DNA of 64,000 bases. Origin: Leucoraja erinacea. Taxonomy: Eukaryota. Numbering within the stretch: the first letter of the stretch is position 1; each line of letters begins with the position of its first letter. The position numbers and the translations under genes were made by a program. The stretch spans positions 17,112,001 to 17,176,000 of the forward strand of contig NC_073384.1 of the NCBI RefSeq assembly GCF_028641065.1, in the 5' to 3' direction. Positions 37,992 through 51,683 of the stretch are shown here, piece after piece. The notes beneath the pieces are model-generated. The model was given only the letters and a program-made list of their open reading frames with translations. It had not been told where the DNA came from and did no database searches.

Positions 37992-40900
37992 GACATGACT
38001 TTCCGAATTAAGGGACAAATTTAGGGGTACTATAGGGGAACTTCTTTTACGCAGAGAGTGGGCAGGCGGTGTGATGAGCTCCCAGTGGAAGTGTGGAGGC
38101 AGTTCATTGGTTCCATTAAAAATAAATGGCTAGTCATATGGAGGATAAAGGAATGGAGGGTTTATGGTACGGTGCATCAGTTGGGACTAAGGGGAAAAAA
38201 AATGTGCAGCAGGACTTGTATGGCCGCGATGGGCATGTTTCCCGTGCTGTAATTGTTATATTGTTATATGGTTTATAGGTAATGTTTTTGGACACCTGGG
38301 CTATTTCAATTTGACCCTTTTCTCTTACGAAGGATAGATGTTTGGATCTACTAGTATTGACGTTTTATAATTACTACCATTAGGTAAAACCTAATTATAT
38401 GCTTTAATTTCATACATCCAGTACATTGTTTCATATTTTTCAGAATGCTTCAATCGTAATACCTGAAAATTTCATAAGTTCTCTTCAATTTTTAAAGAAA
38501 ATATTGCTTTATGTCCTGATCACAGCTTTCGAGTTAAGTCATGGAAAAGCAATAGGGACCATATGCTCTAATTTCCGAGTATGAAAATGGCCATAAACTT
38601 TTTAATACGAAGAATGAAAGTAAAATAGGCGTCAAATTAAACTTATTTTTATGCTTTATCTGATGGGATAAATTCAGACTTGATTTTTAAAATCCAAATT
38701 TTGTAACTTTGCTACTGGCCCAGTCTCCTGTGGCTCCACACAGAAGGTGACCACTACATACAGATTGATCCGAGGGGTCCCACACTTTTTGCGGTTACCC
38801 TTTTCCTTTTATATTATGTGCTTTATATATCTTTGGTATATTCTTGTGCTGTATACCAGCCTCTCCTGTCCCCTTTTTGCCCTTCAATTCCCTTATTCTC
38901 TTAGTTTCCCGAAATCCTACCGGATACACTTGATCCCAGCTGCCTTTAGACCCTGTCCAATGCTTTTCTTTCAAACTTCAACCATTACAAAGTCCTCCTT
39001 GACCATATAAAAAAATTGGGACTCATGATAGTTTCTGTACAATTTTGGTGAGACCAACCTTGGAATACTGTGTGCAGTTCCCAGGTCGCTAGTTATTGAA
39101 AGATTCACAACGTGGGAGAAGTGGCAGAAGAGGCACATGTTTTACTGATCCTTGCCGGTCTAATTTAGAACGTGAGCTGGATTGGCTGTGCCTTTTTTCC
39201 TTTGGAGCATAGGAAACTGAAGGGTGGTTTGCTTAAGGGTGGATTTCTGAGTATGTAAATGACACGAGTGCATGATAATGAACACCAGTTTATTTCCCCT
39301 CATGTACGATTTTAAAACCGAGGACTTGGCTTAGGTGAAGGGGAAGGTAAGTAGAGCACAATGCACATTTCACTAGCCCTCTCCTATTTATACTCACAGT
39401 TTAGCTGCTGTTTATTGAGCAACAACATCTATATTCAAGCAATTGACAATGTGAACAATCACCCAATATTTTAAGCGTAACATGAAGAATGAAGTCTATA
39501 CACCATGGAAGTCTCCATATACTTGATGGTCTTAAATGCTAGCGTACGTTGGGAAGCAACTACCTAGCTGATACCATGCCCATCCAATCAACCACTTCAA
39601 TGTAGATACCACTTTATTTTTCCTATACTTCTTCCATGGGAGAATGAGGACGAAAGGGATGTTGTTTTCTTGTGCACAGATCCCAAGTTCCTTCTATAAC
39701 CAGGGCTGTCTACGAGCCTTATAGGCACCTGGGCAACGCAGTGACTGGGGCCTCTACATTTCCAGTTTCTTTATTCTGATCAAATATGGCGTCATGCACT
39801 TGCATGTTCTTCTCTGTTTGCATGTGCTACAATAACTCCTACAATACTAGATTAGCATTGGCCCCTGCTCGGGGGGCCGCCGGACACCTGGCCCAGCGTG
39901 CCATGTGTTAGACGGGCCCGTATCACTCGCTTGGCGCATCGAAAGCGAATGGAGCCATTGGCACAGAGGCACGGACCGGTGTTGAGCGACGAAAGTAGTT
40001 ACCTGGGCGGTTATTAAAATCGAGCTTCGGTTGCTTTCAACAGGGCCCCGGTAGGCCATTGGGCGAGAGGAGGAGTTACTTGGGCGATGAGTAAAATCGA
40101 GCTGGGGCGTGCTTCACAGAGGCCCCGGGAGCCGTTGGCGCGCGAGGAGGAGTTACCTGGTCTATGAGTTAAAAATCGAGTGCGACATGCAGGATTTTAC
40201 CCGATCGGCAGCGTTCCACACACTTCCAGATAGGGTTCTGGGAAGCCTCTGATTGGTGGAAGCGGACCAGAGGAAGCGCTGTTGGTGCAACCCCAGGTTG
40301 TCTTTTTTCTGCTTCAGGTTAAGGTACAGTAGTTTTAGAAAGGTAAGATGAAAGGATAAAGATCTTTATAGTGGAGGTAGTTGATTTATTTGGGAGTCAG
40401 ATAGGTCATTGGAGATTGACCCCGTGGGGTACCCGCAGTCCTGCATGTGTGGGAGATCAGGGATATGGTGTGGGTGTCCCTGGTGACTACTTTGCATGAA
40501 TGTGTACCTGGCAGCTCCTGGCGTACCGCATTGAAACACATTGTAGCTGCGTTAGATTCTACTGGCGCGCCACAATGCTTAAAAGTCGTGAGACACGTAC
40601 AGCGCCGTTGGCACACACCGCAGTTAAAAGGTAGAGGACAAAAGGGAAGGGTCTCCAATAGCCACAAAGCAGTAGGCAGGTAGTGCAGAGTCCCCTGCGG
40701 TCATCTCTCTCCTAAACGGTATAAGCCCTTTTGGAACTGTTGAGGGAAATGCTCCTCAGGGGAAGGCAGCAGCACCAAGTTTAATTATGGCACCATGGGT
40801 GCTCGTGGCACATGATGGGGTAAACAAGGGTGGCAGGCAATAGTATAGGATTCATTGTCCTGGGAATGATGGCGTTTCTTCTGCAGCGCAAACGAGACGT

Positions 40901-42063
40901 CCAGATTATGTGCCATCCCTGGTGCAAGGGTCAGGATGTCACTGAACGGCGCCGAACAGGATCTGGAGGGGAGGGGGAACAGCAGTTTTCGTGGTGTCAC
41001 ATTGCACCGACGATATAAGATTACAAAGGGATGCTTTCCGACAAGGTGAATTTAGGGGCTAGGAGCCTAAACTTAAGTAGAATCAAAGGTACTAATCTCT
41101 GATTACTACCAGTGCCACTGGCTCGTCAAGTAGACATAGGAGGATTTGCGATGAATATATGGCTTGAAAAATGTGCAGGGGGGATGGGCCATTCAAATTT
41201 CTAGGGCATTGTCCAGTTTCTGGAGGCGGTGGAACAGTACAACAGGACTTTCTGCACCATGTTTGGAATGGCACAATTTCTTTCTGGGATTGGTTTGCTA
41301 GTGCTGTCTGGGAGGATTTAACACTGTATGTGGGGGGGAGCGGGTGCACGAGCCAGAGATGACAGAGGGTGTAAAAGTGATGGTCGAAGCCATATGTAGC
41401 AATGTGAATTAAAGTGCAGGCAGACAATCCAGGGCAAATCAAAAAGGCCCTTTCACTATCCAACATAATTGGTATAAGTGGTAAGAGTGTTATAAAACAA
41501 CCTGAAGCTTTGTATCTTAAGCAGGAAGTCATTCGTAATACGTGGATTAGTTGAATGTGCAGTAGTATTAATGAATAGATATAGTTGGTATCACGGAGAC
41601 TGGCTCCAGTGTGACCGAAGGAGGGGCTGACATCCATTGGACCAAAATATTCAGGCGGGATAGGACAGAAAGGAAAACGGAGGCGGGGGTGGCGGTAGCG
41701 TTTGCTGGTTAGAGGAAGATATTAACGCCATAGAAGGACGGACATTTAGCTTGGAAGGATTTGAATCGTATGGGGTAGAGCTGCGAATAAACTAAGGGGA
41801 AAGCTATTGGAGTTGTTGGTACAGGCCACCCACAGTGAGTTAGTGGTAGTTGGGGATGTCATCAACAGGAAATTATCAATGCGTGCATCAAAAGTATGAA
41901 CAATTATACTTGGTACTTCAATCTACATATAGATTGGGTGAATCTAATTGGCTGGGGTGCTATGAAGATGATTTCTTTGGAATGATGCGGGATAGTTGTC
42001 TAAACTCAACATGAGTGGAACCTACGAGATAACAGGCTAGTCTCGACTGGTTATTGTTGCGTA

Positions 42064-42236
42064 NNNNNNNNNNNNNNNNNNNNNNNNNNNNNNNNNNNNN
42101 NNNNNNNNNNNNNNNNNNNNNNNNNNNNNNNNNNNNNNNNNNNNNNNNNNNNNNNNNNNNNNNNNNNNNNNNNNNNNNNNNNNNNNNNNNNNNNNNNNNN
42201 NNNNNNNNNNNNNNNNNNNGGTTTGTGTTTTTGGGG

Positions 42237-42270
<34 letters not shown>

Positions 42271-42329
42271 AGGGGTTTTGTTTTTTTGGTGTATTTGTGT
42301 TTGTTGGGGGGGGGGGGGGGGGGGGGGGG

Positions 42330-42364
<35 letters not shown>

Positions 42365-42705
42365 GGGGGGGGGGTTTTNNNNNNNNNNNNNNNNNNNNNN
42401 NNNNNNNNNNNNNNNNNNNNNNNNNNNNNNNNNNNNNNNNNNNNNNNNNNNNNNNNNNNNNNNNNNNNNNNNNNNNNNNNNNNNNNNNNNNNNNNNNNNN
42501 NNNNNNNNNNNNNNNNNNNNNNNNNNNNNNNNNNNNNNNNNNNNNNNNNNNNNNNNNNNNNNNNNNNNNNNNNNNNNNNNNNNNNNNNNNNNNNNNNNNN
42601 NNNNNNNNNNNNNNNNNNNGGGGGGAGTGGGGGGGGGGGGGGGGGGGGGGGGGGGGGTGGGGGGGGGGTGTTGGGGGAGGGGGGGGGTGGGTGGGGGGGT
42701 GGTGT

Positions 42706-42747
<42 letters not shown>

Positions 42748-43328
42748 TGTTTTTTGTGGGTGTTGTTTTGTGGGGGGTGTGGGGGGTGTGGGTGTGTGGG
42801 TGGGGTTGGGGTTGGGGGGGTGGTGTTGTTTTGTTTTTGGGGGGGGGGGTTGTTGGTTGGGGGGTGTTTTGGTTGTGGGGGGTGGGGGGGGTGGGGTTTT
42901 TTTGTGGTGTGTTGTTGGGGGNNNNNNNNNNNNNNNNNNNNNNNNNNNNNNNNNNNNNNNNNNNNNNNNNNNNNNNNNNNNNNNNNNNNNNNNNNNNNNN
43001 NNNNNNNNNNNNNNNNNNNNNNNNNNNNNNNNNNNNNNNNNNNNNNNNNNNNNNNNNNNNNNNNNNNNNNNNNNNNNNNNNNNNNNNNNNNNNNNNNNNN
43101 NNNNNNNNNNNNNNNNNNNNNNNNNNNNNNNNNNNNNNNNNNNNNNNNNNNNNNNNNNNNNNNNNNNNNNNNNNNNNNNNNNNNNNNNNNNNNNNNNNNN
43201 NNNTTTTTTTGGTTTGTGTGTTTGTTTGTGTTTTTTTTTGGTGTTTTGGGGGGGGGGGGGGGTGGTGTGTTTTTGTTGTTTGTGGGTAGGGGTGTGGTGG
43301 GTTGTGGGTGGGGGGGGGGGGGGGGGGG

Positions 43329-43369
<41 letters not shown>

Positions 43370-43985
43370 GGTGGGGGGGGTGGGGGGGGGGTTTGTTTTG
43401 GGGGGGGGGGGGGGGGTTTTTTTGTTGGGTTTTTGTGTTGGGGGGGGGGTGGGGGGGGGGTGGTTGTGTTGGGGAGTTTGTGGGGTGTGTGTTTTTTGTG
43501 GGTTTGGGGGGTGGGTTTTTGGTTGTTTTGGGTTGTGTGGTGGTGTTTGTGGGTGTTTTTTTGGTGGGGGGGGGGTTTGGGTGTTTTGTTTGGGGGGGGG
43601 GGCGAGAGGGGGGGGGGGGTGGGGTTGGTGTTGGGGGGTGGTGGGGGTGGGTTTGTTTGGGTGGGGGGGGGGGGGGGGGGGGGGGGGGTTTTTTTTGTTT
43701 TTGTGGGGGTTTTGGGGTTTTTTTTGTTTTTTTTGTCTTTTTTTTTTTTTGTGTGGTTTTTGGTTTTTTGTTTTTGGGGTTGGTGGNNNNNNNNNNNNNN
43801 NNNNNNNNNNNNNNNNNNNNNNNNNNNNNNNNNNNNNNNNNNNNNNNNNNNNNNNNNNNNNNNNNNNNNNNNNNNNNNNNNNNNNNNNNNNNNNNNNNNN
43901 NNNNNNNNNNNNNNNNNNNNNNNNNNNNNNNNNNNNNNNNNNNNNNNNNNNNNNNNNNNNNNNNNNNNNNNNNNNNNNNNNNNNN
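42064..43985. other. N gaps interleaved with G/T-only low-complexity sequence (probable sequencing artefact)
   Basis: Almost no A or C; poly-G runs; the corresponding interval in copy A is only ~140 bp of ordinary sequence. Confidence 0.85.
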
Positions 43986-44930
43986 CACTCCCCATATCAC
44001 AAGTATAATTACAACCTCCCCACCCACATATCGCTCTCTAGTTTCCGTGACAGACCACGTACAGCTAGTGCTCTCTGTATAAAATACAGTATGAATAAAA
44101 TGAAGTAAAGTTACAGTGTGTTGCTATCACTTCTTTACATTGTGTCATACCTCGTACCTTTGCGCCTCCTGTTTATCGGCTGATTATTTAATTTTGCCCC
44201 AGTTTTCTGTTCGCCCACCCTCTTATTTCCTCGTTATGGCCACTTCTTGCCGTAAGCCCGGTGTGCTTGTTTTTGATTCAGACATTGCCCATTGATGGGA
44301 TGTCTTTAGACGTGACTTCGACCACTATGTCACAATCGCTCATCCTGCTGCCACCCCTGAAGTCAAAGCTTCTCTACTTCTCAACCTGGCTGGTCCCGAT
44401 GCCCTGGCTCGGTCAGACTTCTTCGTCTATGTTGCGGGTGAATCTACTCGGGACCCGGTATGTCTATTGGCTAAGTTTACTGCGATTTGCGACATCCCCT
44501 CCTGCCTTTCTGCCCTTGCCTTCTCCGTCCCCTCCCAGCTCCCCCGTTCCAGTTCGGCCGTCTGCACCTGTTCCACTTCTTCCTGCAGGGAGGGGAGATG
44601 GCGAGATGCGAACCCGGTCGGGACGTGTTGTCAAGCCGCCTGTCCGCTATGGCGACTTTGCTTAACCGTTCTAGCGCATGAGACGTGGTCGCCCTGTCAC
44701 TACTTTGTTTGCCTTTCGTTTCCAAGGGGAAGGATGTAGATGAGAGATGCATGTGCCTTTAATATAGTTACCTCATCACTACTAACCACTCCCCATATCA
44801 CAAGTATAATTACAACCTCCCCACCCACATATCGCTCTCTAGTTTCCACGTACAGCTAGTGCTCTCTGTATAAAATACAGTATGAATAAAATGAAGTAAA
44901 GTTACAGTGTGTCGCTATCACTTCTTTACA
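43986..44930 (+). mobile_element. Internally deleted two-LTR element (TRIM-like Mag Gypsy derivative)
   Basis: 5' LTR (cut by the gap) ends at 44139; degenerate PBS TTGTGTCATA; gag start MATSCRKPG...SLLLNLAGPDA at 44236 joined to the pol end RTRSGRVVKPPVRYGDFA* (44665); PPT AAGGGGAAGGA; 3' LTR 44735-44930; TSD GTTCT. Confidence 0.9.
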
Positions 44931-47130
44931 GTTCTTCATTAGGATGGAGAGTAACATTGATAATTCAGAAACATGGGTCCTGAACTTAAAGAAAGGTGAC
45001 TATGAGGGTATGAGACGTGAATTGGCCAAGATAAACTGGCAATTGATTCTTAAAGGGTTGACGGTGGATATGCAATGGAAGGCATTTAAAAACTGCATGG
45101 ATGAACTACAACAATTGTTCATCCCAGTTTGGCAAAAGAATAAATCAGGGAAGGTAGTGCATCCATAGACAACAAGGGAAATCAAAACAAAAGATGAAGC
45201 GTACAAATTAGCCAGAGGACTGGGAGAAATTCAGTCCAGCAGAGGAGGACAAAAGGCTTAATTAGGAACGGGAAAATAGATTTTGAAAGAAAACTGGCAG
45301 GGAACATAAAAACTGACTGCAAAAGTATTTATAGATATGTGAAGAGGAAAAGATTAGTTAAAACAAATGTAGGTCCCTTGCAGTCAGAAACAGGTGGATT
45401 GATCATGAGGAACAAGGACATGGCAGACCAATTGAATAACTGCTTTGGTTCTGTCTTCACTAAGGAAGACATAAATAATCTGCCGGAAATAGCAAGGGAC
45501 CAGCGGTTGAATGAGATGGAGGAACTGAGTGAAATCCAGGTTAGCCGGGAAGTGGTGTTAGGTGAAGTGAATGGATTAAAGGCCGATAAATCCCCAGGGC
45601 CAGATAAGTTGCATCCCAGAGTACTTAAGGAAGTAGCCGCAGAAATAGTGGATGCATTAGTGATAATTTTTGAAAACTCTTTAGATTCTGGAGCAGTTCC
45701 TGAGGACTGGAGGGCAGCTAATGTAACTCCACTTTTTAAAAAGGGAGGGAGAGAGAAAACGGGGATTTACAGACCAGTTAGTCTAACATCGGTGGTGGGG
45801 AAAATTCTGGAGTCAGTTATTAAAGATGGGATAGCAGCACATTTGGAAAGTGGTGAATTCATTGGACAAAGTCAGCATGGATTTATGAAAGGTAAATCAT
45901 GTCTGACGAATCATAGAATTTTTCGAGGATGTAATTAGTAGAGTGGATAAGGGAGAACCAGTGGATGTGCTATATCTGGACTTCCAGAAGGCTTTCGACA
46001 AGGTCCCACATAAGAGCTTAGTATACAAACTTAAAGCACATGGTATTGGGGGTTCAGTATTGATGTGGATAGAGAACTGACTGGCAGACAGGAAGCAAAG
46101 AGTAGAAGTAAACGGGTCCTTTTCAGAATGGCAGGCAGTGACTAGTGGGGTACCGCAAGGCTCAGTTCTGGGACCCCAGCTATTTACAATATATATTAAT
46201 GATCTGGATGAGGGAATTGAATGCAACATCTCCAAGTTTGCGGAAGACACAAAGCTGTGGGGCAGTGTTAGCTGTGAGGAAGATGCTAGGAGGCTGCAAG
46301 GTGACTTGGATAGGTTGGGTGAGTGGGCAAATGCATGGCAGATGCAGTATAATGTGGATAAATGTGAGGTTATCCACTTTCGTGGCAAAAACAGGAAAGT
46401 AGACTATTATCTGAATGGTGGCCAATTAGGAAAAGGGGAGATGCAACGAGACCTGGGTGTCATGGTTTACACCAGTCATTGAAAGTAGGCATGCAGGTGC
46501 AGCAGGCAGTGAGGAAAGCAAATGGTATGTTAGCATTCATAGCAAATGAATTTGAGTATAAGAGCAGGGAGGTTCTACTGGAGTATTGCGTACAGTTTAG
46601 GTCTCCTAATCTGTGGAAAGACATTCTTGCAATAGAGGGAGTACAGAGAAGGTTCACCAGACTGATTCCTGGGATGGCAGGACTTTCACGTGAAGAAAGA
46701 CTGGATAGACTTGGCTTGTAAACGCTAGAATTTAGAAGATTGAGGGGGGATCTTAAATGTACAACATTCTTAAGGTGTTGGACAGGCAAGATGCAGGAGG
46801 ATTATTCCCGGTTGGGGAAGTCCAGAACTAGGGGTCACAGTTTAAGGATAAGAGGGAAGTCTTTTAGGACCGAGATGAGAAAATCATTTTTTACACAGAG
46901 AGTGGTGAATCTCTGGAATTCTCTGCCACAGAAGGTGGTTGATGGCCCGCTCATTGGTTATATTTAAGAGGGAGTTAGACGTGGCCCTTGTGGCTAAAGG
47001 TATCAGGGGGTATAGAGAGAAAGCAGGGATTGGTAACTGAGTTGGATGATCAGCCATGGTCATATTGAATGACGGTGCAGGCTCGAAGGGCCGAATGGCC
47101 TACTCCTGCACCTATTTTCTATGTTTCTAT
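44931..47130 (+). mobile_element. CR1 ORF2 and 3' end, copy B (noisy 5' part at ~39930-42063)
   Basis: Paralogous to 23105-25330; same RT motifs and tail. Confidence 0.9.
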
Positions 47131-49190
47131 ACCTTTAGATGTCTGACGTGTCTGCCTGTGCAGATATCATCCAATCTTCCGTCATCTAAACGAGGACACT
47201 GAGACAGTTCAGCTGTGGGATGCTTATTTGCTTCCTGTTTAAAGAAAATTAAACAAAACCCAGTTACACAAAGCAAAATGGTGAAGAATGCATGTCTGAA
47301 GGGTCATCTGTTCATGTTGTCCAGAGATGCTGCCCGACCCCCAGTGATAATACAGCACTTTCTGTGCTTCAATGCATGAGTTCAAATCAGTTCCAGTCAT
47401 TGCCCGAACTGTTCCGTTGAGTGTCTGACAACAGGCCCAATCTATGGTATGTATCTCTGTTCTCAAATAATGTTGAGCCCCATGGGATCTTAAAGTCACA
47501 GTCACAGTCATGGTCACAGAGCTATATAGCATGGAAACAGACTCTTAAGCCCACCTTGTCCATGTCAACCAAGTTGTCATTCTGGGCTAATTCCACTTAC
47601 CTGCATTTGGCCCTCTCGACCCTTCCTATTCAAATATCTGTCCAAATGTTCTTTGAAAGTCGTAATTGTATCGGATTCTACAACTTTCTCAGGCAACTCA
47701 TTTGGGAAATGGACTGTCAGCATGAAAAAGTTGCTTCTAAAGGTCCCTCAAAAAGTTCTCACCCGTCACCTCAAACATATACCCTTTAGTTTTACAATCC
47801 TCTACCATGGGTAAAGGACTGTGAGCATTCACTTTATCCATGTCCCTCATCATCTTGAACACCACAATAAGACCGACCACCCCACAGACTCCTACGCTCC
47901 AAATATGAAAGTTCCAGCCAATGCACCTCTCCTTCGAGATTTGCTGCCCGACCAAGTTGCTTCTCTCTGCCCAGCATAGTCAGGTGAATTCCCGGGATGG
48001 CAGAACTGACATATGATGAAAGAATGGATTGACTGGGCTTATATTCACTGGAATCTAGAAGGATATGAGGGAATCTTATAGAAACATATACAATTCTTAA
48101 GGGATAGGACAGGTTAGATGCAGGAAAAAATGTTCCTGGTGTTGGGGGAGTCCAGAACCAGGGGTCACAGTTTCAGAATAAGGGGTAGGCCATTTAGGAC
48201 TGATCCCGGGGGGTGGAAGATTGCGACCTTCACGTGGTCCGCCCTGTTTCGACGAATGAAATCAAGCCGGCATGCACAATCAAATAAGATCAATAGAACA
48301 AGTTGTGCTATAACTTTGGCTATGCATGCCATGCAGAAAAAGAAGACTGATAGGAGGAAAAATATTTTCACCCAGAGTTGTGAATCTGTGGAATTCTCTA
48401 CCACAGAAGGCAGTGGAGGCAAATTCACTGGATGTATTCAAGAGAGAGTTAGATATAGCACTTAGGGTAACAGAATCAAGGGATATGGGGAGAATTGTGG
48501 AACGGGGTACTGATTTTGGATGATCAACCATGATCATAGCAAAAAATTCATAGCAAAAGGATTTGAGTTCATAGCAAAAGAATTTGAGTATAGGAGCAGG
48601 GAGGTTCTACTGCAGTTGTACAGGGCCTTGGTGAGGCCACACTTGGAGTATTGCGTACAGTTTTGGTCTCCTAATCAGAGGAAAGACATTCTTGCCATAG
48701 AGGTAGTACAGAGAAGGTTCACCAGACTGATTCCTGGGATGGCAGGAGTTTCATATGAAGAAAGACTGGATAGACTCGGCTTGGTGTCGCTAGAATTTAG
48801 AAGGTTGAGGGTGATCTTGAAGAAACTTACAAAATTCTTAAGGGGTTGGACAGGCTAGATGCAGGAAGATTGTTCCCAATGTTGGGGATGTCCAGAACAA
48901 GGAGTCACAGTTTAAGGATAAGGGGGAAGTCTTTTAGGACCGAGATGAGAACATTTTTTTTCACACAAAGAGTGGTGAATCTGTGGAATTCTCTGTCACA
49001 AAAAGTAGTTTAGGCCAGTTGATTGGCTACATTTAAGAGGAAGTTAGATGTGGCCCTTGTGGCTAAAGGGATCAGGGGGTATGGAGGGAAGGCAGGTACA
49101 GGATACTGAGTTGGATGATTAGCCATGGTCATATTGAATGGCGGTGCAGGCTCGAAGGGCCGAATGGCCTACTCCCACACCTATTTTCCA

Positions 49191-50975
49191 CAGTGCATTC
49201 CGAAAGTATTCAGACCCATTCACTTTTTCCACATTTTGTTATGTTACAGCCTTATTTAAAAATGGAGCCAATTAATTTTTTTCATCATCAATCTACACAC
49301 AATACCCCAGAACGAAGAAGCAAAAACTGGTGTTTAGAAATTTTTGCAAAGTATTTAAAAATAAATAACTGAAATATCACATTTACATAAGTATTCAGAC
49401 CCTTGGCTTTGACACTCAAAATTGAGCATAGGTTCATCCTGTTTCCATTGATTATCCTTGAGATGTTTCTACAACTTGATTAGTCCATCAGTGGTAAATT
49501 AAATTTATTGGACATGATTTGGAAAGGCACACACCTGTCTATATAAGGTCCCCCAGTTGACAGTACTTCAGAGCAAAAACCAAGCCATGAAGATGAAGGA
49601 ATTGTCCGTAGACCTCCGAGACAGAACTGTGTCGAGACACAATAGACAATAGACAATATGTGCTGGAGAAAGCCATTAGGCCCTTCGAGCCAGTACCGCC
49701 ATTCAATGTGATCATGGCTGATCATCCCCAATCAGTAGCCCATTCCTGCTTTCTCCCCAAATCCCCTATCTAGCTCTCACTTGAAACCAGCCAGAGAACC
49801 TGCCTCCACCTGAGGCAGAGAATTCCACAAACTCACCACTGTCTGTGAGAAAAAGAGTTTCCTCGTCTCCGTTCTAAATGGCTTACTCCTTATTCTTAAA
49901 GATCTGGGAAGGGTATAAAATAATCTCTGCAGCATTGCAGGTCCCGAAGAGCACAGTGGCCTCAGTCATTCTTAACTTTGGAACCACCAGGACTCTTCAT
50001 AGAGCTGGCTGCCCGGCCAAACTGAGCAATCGGGTGAGAAGAGCCTTGGTCAGGGAGGTGACCAAGAACCCGATGGTCACTCTGACAGATTCCCAGACTT
50101 CCTCTGTGGAGATGGAAGAACCTTCCAGAAGGACAACTATATCTGCAGCACTCCACCAATATGATAGATTGGTCAGACGGAAGCCACTCCTCAGTAAAAC
50201 GCACATGACAGCCCGCTTGGAGTTTGCCAAAAGGCATGAGAAACAAGATTCTCTGGTCCGATGAAACCAAGATTGAACTCTTTGGCCTGAATGCCACGCA
50301 TCATGTCTGGAGGAAACCAGGCTCCGCTCATCACCTGCCCAATATCATACCTACTGTGAAGTATGGTGGTGGCAGCATCATGCTGTGGGGATGTTTTTTA
50401 GCGGCAGGAACTGGGAGACTATTCAGGATCGATGGAAAGATGAATGGAACAAAGTACAGAGATTTCCTTGATGAAAACCTGCTCCACAGCGTCCTGGACC
50501 TCAGACTGGGGTGGAGGTTTACCTTTGAACAGGACAACAACCCTAAGCACACAGCCAAGACAGTGCAGGAGTGGCTTCGTGACAAGTCTGTGAATGTCCT
50601 TGAGTCGCCCAACCAGAGCCCGGACTTGAACCCGATCGAACATCTCTGGAGAGACCTGAAAATAGCTGTGCACCGATGCTCCCCATCCAACCTGACAGAG
50701 CTTGAGAGGATCTGCAGAGAATAATGGGAGAAATTATCCAAATACATGTGTGCCAAGCTTGGAGCGTCATACCCAAGAAGACATGGCTGCAATCGCTGCC
50801 AAAAGTGTCTCAACTAAGTACTAAAGGATCTGAATACTTATGTAAATGTGATATTTCAGTTATTTCTTTTCAATTACTTTGCAAATGTTTCTAAACACCT
50901 GCTTTTGCTTTTTTATTATGGGATATTGTGTGTAGATTGATGATAAAGAAATGAATTTAATCCAGTTTAGAATAA
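49191..50975 (+). mobile_element. Tc1-like transposon, copy B, right TIR truncated by a deletion
   Basis: WSDETK, QDNNPKH and [11 protein letters not shown] in ORF 50224-50724; sequence jumps at ~50975 to the equivalent of ~30156. Confidence 0.9.
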
Positions 50976-51641
50976 GTAAGTCGCCACTGCGCCCGCGGTA
51001 GAAATTGGCCGCGGGCCGGCAGCGATGGCTTCTTCTTCCCCCGGGTCCCCCATGAGGGATCCCAGGCTGTAGTCGCCGCGCCAGCTGGAGCTGTGCGGCT
51101 ACAGGCTGCCGGCTGCGCCGGGCCAGCGGAACGGAGCGCTCCCCTCCAGCGAGCCCCAGCGAGCCCCAGCAAGGGCTCACCCGCTCCACGCCGAGAGTCC
51201 ATGCTGCGCCCTCCGCTGAAGCCCCGGGCGCGTCTCTGGGAAAGGCCGCGCCGATCCTTGCTGTTAGGCCACGGGGGAGGTGACCTGGAAAAAGTCGCCT
51301 CTCCATGGAGGAGGTGGCCGAAACGGTTTCACCCTCACCCCCCACACCACCCTCCACACAAAACACACAAAGAAACATTCAAAACATACTTTAAAACATA
51401 CTAAAAAAAATTAAAAAAGTTGAAAAAACTAACGCGCTGCTGACAGGGCTGCCGCCATTGCAGCGCCCCCACCGATAGTAGTCATTGTCAACAGTTACTG
51501 GAACGTACCTTCGAGATGACCGTAGATGGACTAAGTGGGTCTTTGTAAATTCTAGCAGAAAACACAGAAATGTTGGAAACAGCAACTTAGCAACTCGAGC
51601 TCATCGAAACGCTTCAACGTCTTAAATGTGACTTTTCTTAC

Positions 51642-51683
51642 CATGTAGATGGCGTTTGGGTCTGCCTGGTGATCTCCTGAATT
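51642..51683 (-). CDS. 42-bp cytoplasmic exon candidate of the VJ-receptor gene
   Basis: TGTGTTGTAG| acceptor and ATG|GTAAGA donor; open in phase 1 (EFRRSPGRPKRHLH) and phase 0 (NSGDHQADPNAIYM). Confidence 0.6.

Noticed and set aside
38281-42063. Apparently highly diverged, 'ancient' copy of the MITE/CR1 region
   Set aside because: Differences are dominated by scattered single-base indels next to gaps, typical of unpolished long-read sequence.
42037-44108. Long Pro-rich and Gly-rich ORFs, and an apparent giant G-quadruplex region
   Set aside because: They span N runs and G/T-only sequence that has no counterpart in copy A; most likely low-quality read artefact.
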